From: Longimicrobiales bacterium
Lineage (GTDB): Bacteria; Gemmatimonadota; Gemmatimonadetes; Longimicrobiales; Gaopeijiaceae
Direction: 5' to 3'
Length of the DNA: 64,000 nt
Assembly: GCA_965202985.1 (NCBI GenBank)
Contig: CBDBCF010000001.1
Coordinates: forward strand, 320,001-384,000
Both the position numbers and the translations under genes were made by a program. The notes beneath the pieces were generated by a model. The model was not told the DNA's origin and ran no database searches. It saw only the letters and a list, made by a program, of their open reading frames with translations. Below, piece after piece: positions 39,701-49,286 of this stretch (the first letter of the stretch is position 1; each line of letters opens with the position of its first letter).

Positions 39701-40261
39701 GCCGTCGCACTTCGCCGCCACGCTGCCGGGTTGCCGGTTGCGGACGAAGTCGGGGCCGAGCTCGACGCCATCGCTGACCGGCGGTCGTTGCTGGACGAGA
39801 TGGACCCCGTGTCGCCGTGCGTCGCGAATCTGGCCAAGGTGCTCCGCGAAGCGCTGAGCGAAGCGCGAGATGGATTGGCGCAGGCCGTCGGCGACGCCAC
39901 CGCCCATCTCGACGCCGATCGCGGTTGGCGCGAGTTGGACGAAGGCGATCGCATGGCCATATTGTCGGATGTCGGCTTGGCCGCGCCCGCACCGCTCGCC
40001 GTGGAGACGAACCACGACCTGCGACGGGCGCTGAACGAGCGCGGCTTGGCCGGTTGGAGCGCAGAGACGGAGGCGGTGCCGTCCCGGGAGACAAGGGCGC
40101 TGGCAGCGGCGGCGGCCCGTCACGGGAAGGGCGACGCGCCTGTCCCCGTGGCCGTCCGGCGAGCCACTCTGGCCAACGAAGCCGATGTGCGCCGGTGGCT
40201 CGACGAACACGAGACCAAGCTGATGGAGGCGGTCAAGAAAGGAACGGTGGTGGTGAAATGA
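36794..40261 (+). CDS. brxC: BREX P-loop ATPase BrxC
   Basis: LANNGQA, VWVSGFFGSGKSHLLKML, LVLDEVQQYIG, GQSAL, PPFGWPRDAVD; ATGA overlap with brxB. Confidence 0.92.
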   Translation: MSSPRIFELMERDPRSEQLANNGQARIAGDSADEQGELRAELESFVCCGQFADAFDRVLNRYLGNLDAASRQDSVWVSGFFGSGKSHLLKMLAHLWANTRFEDGAAARTLVPGGLPSHIEEHLRELEVQAKRAGGPTVAAAGTMLSGTIDQVRLAVLGIILQARGLPEDHAQARFCLWLRNEGLLDQVRSTVEDAGKDWRRELANLYVSPVLADAVTKARPDFAADAKAARQLLRAQFPRPTGDIGTTEFVDTAKQALADPGGQVPLTILVLDEVQQYIGDSSDRAATITEVAEAVQTQFAGRLLLVAAGQSALEGHPSLQWLRDRFRITVQLSDAEVQQVTREVLLRKRPSAAAPIERMFEEHAGEVSRQLQGTKLGVPSEDPNTDVADYPLLQTRRRFWEACFRAVAGTHSQLRSQLRILHDSLQQVADRGLGAVIPASDLFGALTTDLVNSGVLLNEIATRIAELDDGTDEGVLRRNLCGVAFLIGKLPREGAVDLGVRADARTLADLLVDNIAKDSGLFRKRVQEALDEMAQQGTLMKVGGEYRIQTTIGAEWDRAFRERRNALDRDEEHIALTRHRLLAGAVGDIVSKIRLSHGKSKTNRTLALHVETLSEDALGGATVPVLLRDEWSCSGRDAESEARSRGTEDPVLHVFLPKGNAGDLRRRIVEAESARQVLDEKGHQSSAEGREAQGAMKSRRDEAKAGRDRIVEVVLMTARVLQGGGTEVFAGGDLKAKIEHGANASLARLFPRFPEADHRAWGVALKRAQDGSDTPFEAVDWDGPLSDHPVAKDVLATVATGKRGNEVRKALAQPPFGWPRDAVDAALVALHGLGQLAATRNGAPVRRLDQTAIATTVFRPETVVLDVGQRIALRGLFQKAGGTPPRPGEEGAAARQFIDTMRTLAAKAGGDVPLPAPPDTALLDDLGRLDGNEQLAAIFDAEEKLAGAIELWKDLGKRAEARRPTWEMAVALRRHAAGLPVADEVGAELDAIADRRSLLDEMDPVSPCVANLAKVLREALSEARDGLAQAVGDATAHLDADRGWRELDEGDRMAILSDVGLAAPAPLAVETNHDLRRALNERGLAGWSAETEAVPSRETRALAAAAARHGKGDAPVPVAVRRATLANEADVRRWLDEHETKLMEAVKKGTVVVK

Positions 40262-41040
40262 GCAATCGGACACTCCAATTCCGCCTAGAGGCCGTCAGAC
40301 CGGACATGGCAGTCGATGCGCACGACTTCCGCGACTTGGTGTCCGCGGCACTCGAGTGCCTGACACGCCTGGAAAAGGAACTCGGATCGGCGGTCTCGGT
40401 AGCGTATCCGCTGGTCGGTCTGGAGTTCGGCAGCGCGGGCTTGATTATACAGCCGGAGTCCAAGGGCGACGGAAACTCCACTGCTGACACGATCTCGACC
40501 CACTTCGAACAAGGATTTGCCGCACTCGTCAAGAACAAGCTAATTGCAACGGGTTTTGCCAGGCAAACCCAGGATTCTTTCAGGCGTCTCCAACAACCGT
40601 TGAAACGACGAATTGGTGCCATTGAATTCACCGGCACCAAGACGTATCGCATGGACACTGCACTTGTTGTTCGAACCCAGCGCGCCAAGAGGAAGACCGT
40701 TCAAGCAACGAGTAGCGTATCTGGACGCATCGAGGCCTTGAACATCCACAATCAAATGACTTTCTTCGTCTATCCGATCACCGGCCCGCGTGTGAGGTGC
40801 GAGTTCTCCGAATCCCTCCTTGACGCTGTTCGCGATGCCATTGGTCGCCACGTCACGGTACACGGCACATCCGATGCCGATACTTCCGACTTGTTTCCAA
40901 TACACATTGCGGTCAACAAGATCGATGTCCATCCTAGGGCCGATAAAGCCAAGTTGCGAGATTTTCTTGGATCGATTCCTAATCTCACTGGAGGCATGGA
41001 CAGCGTTGCGCTCATAAGGGCTCAAAGAGATGCCGAATAG
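40258..41040 (+). CDS. Hypothetical protein (possible C-terminal OB-fold) inserted in BREX
   Basis: ATGA overlap with the brxC stop; low GC; SVSGRIEALNIH...VRCEF...AIGRHVTVHG beta pattern. Confidence 0.65.
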   Translation: MSNRTLQFRLEAVRPDMAVDAHDFRDLVSAALECLTRLEKELGSAVSVAYPLVGLEFGSAGLIIQPESKGDGNSTADTISTHFEQGFAALVKNKLIATGFARQTQDSFRRLQQPLKRRIGAIEFTGTKTYRMDTALVVRTQRAKRKTVQATSSVSGRIEALNIHNQMTFFVYPITGPRVRCEFSESLLDAVRDAIGRHVTVHGTSDADTSDLFPIHIAVNKIDVHPRADKAKLRDFLGSIPNLTGGMDSVALIRAQRDAE

Positions 41041-41066
41041 GCTCTGGCTCTGGAGGAGTTGATGAA

Positions 41067-41771
41067 GTGGTCTACCTAGACATGAAGTGGCGGACGATCC
41101 CGACCTACCCGGCGGCGGAGGCTGGTCGGTTGGTGGGCCTGCATCCCAGGCGCGTGCGTCGTTGGCATGCCGGGTACCGCTATCGCTACGGCAAAGGCAT
41201 CCACAGGCAGCAGCCCGTCCTTGGCGCGACCAAGCAGCCGCCCTCTTCTCACCTTTCCTTCCTCCAGCTGATCGAGTTGCTGTTCATCAAGCAGTTCCTC
41301 GATCACGGCCTCTCCCTTCAGCGGATCAGGAGGGCTCTTGACGAGGCGAAGGAAATTCTCGGCACAGTCCATGTCGCTCATCACGTCTTCTTCGCCGACG
41401 GCACCGACGTTTTTCTCCGAGTTCGAGACGAGGGCGACGCCATCCTGCACCTGCTGAGCGGCGGGCAGTGGGCAATCGCACCGATCATCGAAGAGCTCGC
41501 CAAGCAGATCGACTTCTCCGACGCTCCCAACCAGTATGCTCGCCGTTGGTACCCGCCCGGATACGGCGGGACCATAGTCGTCGATCCGGCGGTGTCGTTC
41601 GGCAGTCCTTCCTTGGCCGGTCGCCGAATCTCGACCGCCAACATCTACGACTTGTTCGTAGCGGAAGACGGCAACTATCGGGCGGTGAAGGAATGGTGGG
41701 GCATCAGCAAGAAAGAAGTGGACGCGGCAGTGCGTTTTGAACAAGCAATGGAAGAAGAAGGGCCAACATGA
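41067..41771 (+). CDS. HTH + DUF433 antitoxin (VapB45-like)
   Basis: AEAGRLVGLHPRRVRRW HTH, LSFLQLIEL, IVVDPAVSFGSP..G.RI.T, EVDAAVRFE; GGAGGAG RBS. Confidence 0.82.
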   Translation: MVYLDMKWRTIPTYPAAEAGRLVGLHPRRVRRWHAGYRYRYGKGIHRQQPVLGATKQPPSSHLSFLQLIELLFIKQFLDHGLSLQRIRRALDEAKEILGTVHVAHHVFFADGTDVFLRVRDEGDAILHLLSGGQWAIAPIIEELAKQIDFSDAPNQYARRWYPPGYGGTIVVDPAVSFGSPSLAGRRISTANIYDLFVAEDGNYRAVKEWWGISKKEVDAAVRFEQAMEEEGPT

Positions 41772-42154
41772 AGTTTATTGTTGACAACAACATTGGTCCG
41801 GGAGTTGCAAAAGGAATGCGGTGTTTTGGCGAAGATGTGACGCATTTGACGGAACATTTTTGCGCCGACGTCTCTGACCCGGAATGGCTCGCAAGAGTGG
41901 GAAAAGAAGGTTGGTTCGTCTTGACCAGAGACGACCGAATTCGGTCGCGTCCGAACGAGCTTGCTGCTGTCAAGCGACATGGGGTCGGCCTGTTCTTCCT
42001 TGCGGGCAAGAACCGGACCAAGTGCCAGATCATTCAGCAACTGATTCGAAACTGGCCGGGGATCAAGGATCACGCTCGCCATAACAAACCGCCGTTCGCG
42101 ATCAGGGTCCCGCCGACGGGTACGAAGCTTGGCAAGTTGCCCCTGAAGAGGTGA
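41768..42154 (+). CDS. PIN-like toxin (VapC45/DUF5615-like)
   Basis: MKFIVDNN, DPEWL, GWFVLTRDDRIR..PNE; ATGA overlap with the antitoxin. Confidence 0.82.
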   Translation: MKFIVDNNIGPGVAKGMRCFGEDVTHLTEHFCADVSDPEWLARVGKEGWFVLTRDDRIRSRPNELAAVKRHGVGLFFLAGKNRTKCQIIQQLIRNWPGIKDHARHNKPPFAIRVPPTGTKLGKLPLKR

Positions 42155-42173
42155 CGAGAGGTCGGCGATCACC

Positions 42174-45100
42174 GTGACCAGTCCCCGCCCTTCCCTGCCC
42201 CCCGACCTCCGCAGCCAGCTGGCCAAGGTGGTCCTCGGCGCCCGGCGCGTCGCCGAGGCGGCGGCCCGCCACGCCTTGGAGGCGCTTGCCGTGGAGCGCA
42301 GCGCGTCCCATAAGGCGATGTCGCTCACGGATCAGGGGCTTCGGAACCGGTTGCGAGCCCGGGGGCGGCAACTTGGGGACCGCCGTGACCCACAGGCTCG
42401 CACGCAGGAGATCGGCCGGCTTGCCCACGAGGTGGCATACGAGCAGTGGCATCGGATGCTGTTTGCCCGGTTCCTTGCCGAGAACGGGCTACTCTTGGAG
42501 CCGGATCACGGGGTGCCCGTTTCGGCGGAGGAGTGCGCCGAATTGGCGCAGGCGGAGGGCACGGACCGGTGGACCGTCGCCGGGAGCTTTGCGGCGCGGA
42601 TGCTGCCGGGCGTCTTTCGGCAAAGCGATCCCGTGCTCGACGTCGTTTTGGCACCGGAGGCGCGGCTCGAGCTCGAGGAGCTCTTGGAGTCGCTTCCCGA
42701 GGCCGTGTTTCTCGCTGGGGACGCTCTGGGCTGGACCTACCAGTTCTGGCAGGCGAGCCGCAAGGACGAGATCAACCAGAGCGGGGTCAAGATCGGGGCC
42801 GACGAGCTGCCCGTCGTCACGCAGCTGTTCACCGAGCGGTACATGGTGCTCTTCCTGTTCCACAACACGATCGGCGCTTGGCGAGCGGGAAAGGTGCTGG
42901 CCGGGAGCAAAGGCAACCACGAATACGAGAACGAAGACGACCTCCGGCAGGCCGCGCGGATCAACGCCGGCGGAGGTTACGACTTCACGCATCTGCGGTT
43001 CGTGCACGACGAGGACCAAGCTTGGCGTCCGGCCGCGGGAAGCTTCGAGGGTTGGCCGCGGACGGCGGCAGAGCTTCGGATTCTCGACCCCTGCTGCGGC
43101 AGCGGGCACTTTCTGGTCGAGGGCCTTGAGCTTCTGGCACGCCTCCGCATGGAAGAAGAGGGCATCTCCTTGGAGCAGGCCGTCCGGCGCGTCCTGGCCC
43201 AGAACCTGCACGGCCTCGAGATCGACGCTCGCTGTGCGCAGATTGCCGCATTCAACGTGGCGTTCACTGCCTGGCGCTTGGTCGGTCGCCCCATCGGGCT
43301 TGGCCGAATCAAGGTTGCCTGTTGCGGCTTGGCGCCCAACTCCACGGAGAGCGAATGGATGGTACTCGCGGACAGTGGCGAGGAGGCCCTCGGCATGGAG
43401 GGCGATCGAGACCTTTTCGGCACCGACCCCTCGCTGGCGACTGGCCCACTCCGGGAGGGCGTGGCGGCTCTGCACAGGCTGTTTCGGGATGCGCCGGCAC
43501 TCGGATCGCTGATCGATCCACAGAGGGTTCTTGGCGGCAACCTCTTCGAGGCGGGCCTGTCGACTATTCGCGAGTCGCTCGCGGATGTTCTTGAGCGAGA
43601 GAAGCGACATGCCGAGACGTTCGAACGCGCCGTGGCGGCCGAGGGCATGGCCGGCGCGGTCGAACTGCTGGACGGCACCTACGATCTGGTCGTCACAAAC
43701 GTTCCGTTTCTTGCTCGCGGCAAGCAGTCGAAACTCCTGAGGCAGTTTGCCGATAAAAATCATTCAGCCGCCAAGGGTGACCTCGCGACCATCTTTGCTT
43801 CTCGCATCTTGCGATGGCTGGGAAAATCCGGCACACAGGCATTGGTGGCGCCTCAGAATTGGTTGTTCTTGACGACTTACCGGAAGTTCCGAGAGGGCTT
43901 GCTGAAACAGCACACATGGAATGTAGTGGCGCGGCTTGGTGCAGGAGCGTTTGAGACCGTTAGCGGTCACGTTGTGAACGTATGCCTGCACATTCTGACT
44001 TCGGGGCGACTAGACTCGGACTGGCGCATGGCCGGAATCGATGTGTCTGCTACCGGCGGCCAACGACCGATCCCAGCCGCCGAGAAAGACCAGCTCCTTC
44101 AGGGCATTGCGCCCGTTGAGTTGGCCCGTCAAGCGGATCACCTTACGAATCCCGATGCTGCGATTCTGATGCGTCCTATCGGCGATCAGACGCTTCTGTT
44201 GACCATCGCCCGTGGTCACCAGGGCATCGCTACGGGAGATTATGCATCGTTTGGAAGGAAGTTCTGGGAAGTCGGGCGAGAGAGGCTGGACTCGCGTGCC
44301 TGGACCCCTCAGCAAAGCACGGTCAAGGAAACCACTCACTACGGAGGACGGGAACATGTCCTGCACGAGAACGACGGCGAGGGCGGAAAGGAAGGCCTTC
44401 AACCGGGCAAAGGCGTACGTATACAGGGGGGGGGGGATATGGCTTAAAGACGGGGTGGCCGTCTCGCAGATCGGACCACTTCCGGCCACTCTCTACACAG
44501 GCGAGAAGTTCGACAACAACGTCAGCGGGATTGGCCCCCTCGACGAGCATCTCCCCGCCGTCTGGGCCTTCTGCTCTTCGCCCGAGTACGCCCGCTCCGT
44601 TCGCGAAATCGATCAGAAGCTCAACGTCACCAATGCAACTCTCGTCAAGGTCCCCTTCGATCTGGACCACTGGCAGAAGATCGCCGCCGAGCGATACCCC
44701 AACGGCCTGCCCGAACCCTACTCCGACGATCCCACCCAGTGGCTGTTCCACGGCCATCCATGCGGCAGCGTCGTCTGGGACGAAGACGCCAAGCGGCTTG
44801 CCCACGGGTCGCTTCGCACCGATGCCACTGTGCTCCAGGTCGCCGTCGCCCGGTTGCTGGGCTTTCGCTGGCCAGCCGAGCACGACCACGAGTTGCGACT
44901 AGCGGCCGAATCCCGTGCCTGGGTCGAACGTTGCCGTCAATTCGATCGCTTTGCGGACGGCGACGGCATCGTCTGCATTCCGGCGGTCGGCGGCGAACGC
45001 CCCGCCCAGGACCGCCTGCGAGAACTGCTGCGGGCGGCTTACGGGCCCCATTGGTCCGTGGCAACGGAACGTGCGCTACTGGCCGACACGCAGAACGCCG

Positions 45101-45837
45101 GGAGCACGCCCCCGTCCATCGACGACTGGCTGAAAGATCGCTTCTTCGAGCAGCACTGCAAGCTGTTTCACAACCGGCCCTTCATCTGGCATGTGTGGGA
45201 CGGGAGGCGGGACGGCTTTCACGCGCTCGTCAACTACCATCGCTTGGCCGCGCCCGACGGGCACGGCCGCCGCACGCTGGAATCGCTTGCCTATCGATAT
45301 CTGGGCAGCTGGATCGAGCAGCAACGGGACGGCCAACGCGAAGGCAAGGCCGGCGCCGACGCCCGCTTGGCCGCCGCCCTGGGCCTCCAGAAGCAACTTG
45401 AAGGCATTCTGCTGGGCGAACCGCCCCTGGACATCTTCGTTCGCTGGCGGCCCCTGTCCGACCAGCCCATCGGCTGGGAACCCGAACTGGACGACGGCGT
45501 TCGCCTGAACATTCGCCCGTTCATGCGCGCCGCGCTCCCGTCAGGGGGCCGCGTGGGCGCAGGAATCTTGCGATGGAAGCCCAACGTCAAGTGGGGCAAG
45601 GACAAGGGCAAGGACCGCAGCAACGACACGGGCGAAACCACCCGATCTCGGAAGGACTTTCCCTGGTTCTGGAGTTGCCCCGGCACAAGCAGCGAAGCCG
45701 AACGCACCGACTTTCGCGGCAACTCCTACTTCGACGGCAACCGCTGGAACGACCTCCACTACACGCGGGCCGTCAAGGAAGCCGCTCGCGCCGAGGCCGC
45801 CATCCCATCGGCCCGCGCCAAGGAGGCTACGCCATGA
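42174..45837 (+). CDS. pglX: BREX adenine methyltransferase PglX, split by a frameshift in a G11 tract (44426-44436)
   Basis: LGWTYQFWQ, TQLFTERYMV, LDPCCGSGHF (motif I), TNVPF (motif IV) in ORF 42174..44447; C-terminal half (YSDDPTQWLFHG, FHNRPFIWH, DDGVRLNIRPF) in ORF ending 45837. Confidence 0.9.
44426..44436 (+). repeat. G11 homopolymer tract at the pglX frameshift
   Basis: ATACA-GGGGGGGGGGG-ATATGG read directly; G10 or G13 would restore the frame. Confidence 0.9.
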
Positions 45838-47063
45838 ACTGGCCCCATGTCCGCGAACGCATCAAAGCGGGCGAAGACGACCGGACCGAGTTCAAGCAGG
45901 GCGCCTCGGACATGCGCGTCCTCGCCAAGGCCATCTGCGCATTCGCCAACGGCACGGGCGGCCTGCTCGTCATTGGAGTCGACGACGACGGGACACTGGT
46001 CGGCGTCTCCAGGGATCCCGAAGCCGTTCAAGAACGATTGACCAGCCTCCTTCAAAGCGGATGCGGCAGGCCGGTGACGGCGGAGTGCGGCAGGCACAGG
46101 ATCGAAGGCGACCGATGGATTCACTGGATCGACGTTCATCTGCACCAGCGCGGCTACGAGCCCTTTGCCAGCGAGGGGCGCTACTGGATTCGCCGGGGCC
46201 GGGCGACCGTGCAGCCGTCGCCCTCCGAGCTTCAAGATCTGCTCAACACCTTCGGGCTGGTCCTGACCGAGCAGCAGATCATTCCCTCGGCGACCGTCGA
46301 CGACATCGACTTCTCGGCCATTCGCACCTTCTTGCGGGCGCAGGGCATGGACCTCGACGCCGCGCCCCAGCCCACGCGCCAAGAGGACCTGCTCGTGGCC
46401 AGCGTCGCGGACGAGGTGGAAGGAGTGGCCCGTCCGACGCTGTACGGACTCATGGTCTTCGGGCGCCAGCCGCAGGCCCATCCGCACACGCATAACCTGT
46501 TCGTCCAGTGCACGCGGTACGACGGCCGGGACCGGTCGGCCGACGTGCTCAGCGCCGCCGAAGGCACGGGCCGCCTTGAAGACCAAGTGCGGCAATGCAT
46601 GGGCTGGTACCGCAGCCTGGGCAGACGCGAGGAGTATCGCGGACTCGAACGCATCGACATTCCGATGGTCCCGGAGCCGGCCCTTCGCGAGGCCCTCGTC
46701 AACGCGGTCGTGCACCGCGACTACGCCATCACCGGCTCGTCGGTCCTGCTGGAGGTATTCTTCGACCGCATCGTTGTGACCAGCCCCGGTGCCCTGCCCA
46801 ACCACATGACGGTGGAGCGGGCCACGGGCGGCGGCGCGCCCCGGTCGCGCAACGAGATGATGGCCAACGCCATGGTCGTGCGCAGGCTCATGGAGCGGCG
46901 CGGCCGGGGCTGGCTCGTCATTCGCCACACGATGCGGCAGTTCAATGGGACCGAGCCGACGCTCGAGAACGATCCCGTCAGCCGCATCGTCCGCGTTACG
47001 TTTCCGTTCGCCCCAGCCACCGCCACCGAGCCAGGAGATCGTCGTGCCGAAGAGCCGCGCTGA
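45834..47063 (+). CDS. Schlafen/AlbA_2 domain + RecG-C/HATPase-like protein
   Basis: GEDDRTEFK, CAFANGTGGLLVIGVDD, ALREALVNAVVHRDY, VTSPG, RN, MERRGRG; ATGA overlap with pglX. Confidence 0.85.
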   Translation: MNWPHVRERIKAGEDDRTEFKQGASDMRVLAKAICAFANGTGGLLVIGVDDDGTLVGVSRDPEAVQERLTSLLQSGCGRPVTAECGRHRIEGDRWIHWIDVHLHQRGYEPFASEGRYWIRRGRATVQPSPSELQDLLNTFGLVLTEQQIIPSATVDDIDFSAIRTFLRAQGMDLDAAPQPTRQEDLLVASVADEVEGVARPTLYGLMVFGRQPQAHPHTHNLFVQCTRYDGRDRSADVLSAAEGTGRLEDQVRQCMGWYRSLGRREEYRGLERIDIPMVPEPALREALVNAVVHRDYAITGSSVLLEVFFDRIVVTSPGALPNHMTVERATGGGAPRSRNEMMANAMVVRRLMERRGRGWLVIRHTMRQFNGTEPTLENDPVSRIVRVTFPFAPATATEPGDRRAEEPR

Positions 47064-48753
47064 AGTCGAGGACCTGCTGGACCGCTTGAACGAGTGCTCG
47101 GCGGACGAGCTGGAGGCGCAGGATGTTGACTTCAAGGAATGGGGCAGGGACGCCAAGCGGGCTTTGACCAAGGCGGTCGACTGGGCCGTCTGCATGGCCA
47201 ACGGAGGCGGCGGAACGATCGTCTTCGGAGTCGCCGACGATTTGGTGGGACGCCGGAATGCCGTCGTCGGGGTTCCTCACGACGTTGCCGTCGATCGTCT
47301 TCGTCTCGCGATCTACGACAGGACCGACCCGAGGCTCACGCCGACATTCGACGAGATCGAAGTGCCCGAGGGAACGGGCCGGGTCCTCGCCATGCACGTT
47401 CACCCCGGCATTCCGCCCTACACGGACACGTCCGGCAAGGGGTTGATTCGCATTGGCAAGGACTGCAAGCCGCTGACGGGCGCCATGCGGAGGCAGTTCT
47501 TCCTGGATGACTATACGGGAGAGATTGTAGGGCCAGTGGACCGTGGCTTGTTTTCGGCCGCCGCCATTGGGGCATTGCGAGACGCCGCGATCAAGGAAAG
47601 CGCACCCGCCGAGCTGACGAATCTGAGCGACGAGGAGTTGCTGGCGGCGATTGGCGTCGTTCGCGAAGGCAGGTTGACGCGAGCAGCCGTTCTTCTCGCG
47701 GGTTCGGAGGATGCGTTGCGAAGGCACGTGCCCCAGTACGCCTGGACGCATCTTCGGATGTCGACCGACACGGACTACTCGGCTCGGCTGGACGGACGCG
47801 AGGCCATTCCTGTCGCCTTGGCGCGCATTCTCGATCGCATGTCGGCAGACAACCCCATCGAGACGATACGGCGCGGACTGCATCACTTCGAGTATCCGAC
47901 GTTTCCAGAGATTGCTCTTCGCGAAGCGCTTCTCAATGCATTCTGTCATGCAGACTATCGCATTGCCAGTCCAATACTGATCAAGCAGTTTCTTGGTCGA
48001 TTGGTAATCACGAATCCAGGAAGACTCGTGGGCGGCATTACGCCCGACAACATTCTTCATCATGCGCCCGTGGCTCGAAATCCGTGCTTGGTGGAAGCGC
48101 TGGTGCGATTGCGTCTGATCAACCGTGCCAACCTTGGCATTCAGCGCATCTACAAGTCTCTTCTCATCGAAGGGAAGGACTTGCCCGTCATCGAAGAAGT
48201 CGGTGAATCGCTTCGAATCACGTTTAGAGCGTCCAAGTTGGCACCGGCGTTTCGTACCTTTGTGGAGGACGAACAGAAGGCAGGCACCGACCTGAGTGTA
48301 GATGACCTGCTTGTTCTGGATCACTTGCTCCGTTCGGCGGAAATCGACCTGGCGGAAGCATCTCGGATCTGCCAGAGATCACGCGACGACGTAAGTGTTG
48401 TCCTTGCGCGAATGGAACAGGACTTGGGCTACGTGGACCGTGGCGGCGACAGTGAAGACAGCTATTGGACATTGCGTCCCGATGTTCACGCAAGGATCTC
48501 GAACATCGAGGGACAGAATCGCGAAACGGGATGGGAAACGACCAAAGCCAGAGTACTCAGCGTCATCCAGCGTCAAGCTGCACGGGGAGCACGGCCGTTG
48601 GTGAACACCGATGTTCGGCGCATCACTGGTCTTGATCGACATCAGGTCTATCGTCTCATTCAAGAATTCGCCAACGAAGGGAAAGTTCGGATCGATGGAC
48701 ACGGCCGAGCAGCCACATACGTGTACTGCGACAGAACCGGCCCCTCCAAATGA
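47044..48753 (+). CDS. Second Schlafen/AlbA_2 + HATPase-like protein with C-terminal wHTH
   Basis: EAQDVDFKE, CMANGGGGTIVFGVADD, ALREALLNAFCHADY, ITNPG, ARNP, NTDVRRITGLDRHQVYRLI, GHGRAATY. Confidence 0.85.
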   Translation: MPKSRAEVEDLLDRLNECSADELEAQDVDFKEWGRDAKRALTKAVDWAVCMANGGGGTIVFGVADDLVGRRNAVVGVPHDVAVDRLRLAIYDRTDPRLTPTFDEIEVPEGTGRVLAMHVHPGIPPYTDTSGKGLIRIGKDCKPLTGAMRRQFFLDDYTGEIVGPVDRGLFSAAAIGALRDAAIKESAPAELTNLSDEELLAAIGVVREGRLTRAAVLLAGSEDALRRHVPQYAWTHLRMSTDTDYSARLDGREAIPVALARILDRMSADNPIETIRRGLHHFEYPTFPEIALREALLNAFCHADYRIASPILIKQFLGRLVITNPGRLVGGITPDNILHHAPVARNPCLVEALVRLRLINRANLGIQRIYKSLLIEGKDLPVIEEVGESLRITFRASKLAPAFRTFVEDEQKAGTDLSVDDLLVLDHLLRSAEIDLAEASRICQRSRDDVSVVLARMEQDLGYVDRGGDSEDSYWTLRPDVHARISNIEGQNRETGWETTKARVLSVIQRQAARGARPLVNTDVRRITGLDRHQVYRLIQEFANEGKVRIDGHGRAATYVYCDRTGPSK

Positions 48754-49286
48754 TCGCCGTTCCCGTTCTTTCGAGCATTTCCGCGCAATCAGCCCCCGAA
48801 ATGCTCGCGAACCCCCGTATTCCGAGCATTTCCCGCCAAAACCCAGAAAGCCGGCGTCTCCCACAGGAAAGCTCGCCGGCAAGAACTTTCGGATTTCCCC
48901 AGAATGCTCGCCGCTCCCGTGCTCCCGAGCATTTCCGCGCAATGGACGCCGGAAATGATCGCGGACCAGGGTTTCACGATCATTTCCCGCTAAAACGGGC
49001 GTTTCTCCACAAAGCTCGCCCGCAAACCTTTCGGATTCCCCAGAAATGCGCGCCGTTCTCGTTCTCCCGAGCATTTCCGCGCAATCAGCCCCTTAAATGC
49101 TCGCGAACCTTCGTCTTCCGAGCATTTCCCCGCCAAATCCCCAGAAAATGAGCGTTTTCCACAGGAAAGCTCACCGGCAAGAACGTTCGAATTCTCCCAG
49201 AAATGCGCGGCCCGTCCCGTTCTCCCGAGCATTTCCGCGCAATGGACGCCGGAAATGATCGCGGACCCGGGGATTCCCGATCATTT
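48748..49286. repeat. Non-coding array of eight inverted-repeat units (AAATG[AC][TG]CG-N15/16-CGA[GT]CATTT) in four pairs
   Basis: Unit starts 48748, 48799, 48902, 48953, 49044, 49095, 49201, 49253; 51-52 bp within pairs, 142-157 bp between pairs; ~296-300 bp higher-order duplication. Confidence 0.9.

Noticed and set aside
42174..45837. Invertible pglX shufflon, or two separate genes
   Set aside because: No recombinase or second partial pglX copy seen; the halves join with a single-base change in the G tract
48750..49232. Short ORFs across the repeat array
   Set aside because: Repeat periods are not multiples of 3, so the same peptide words recur in different frames; no coherent protein
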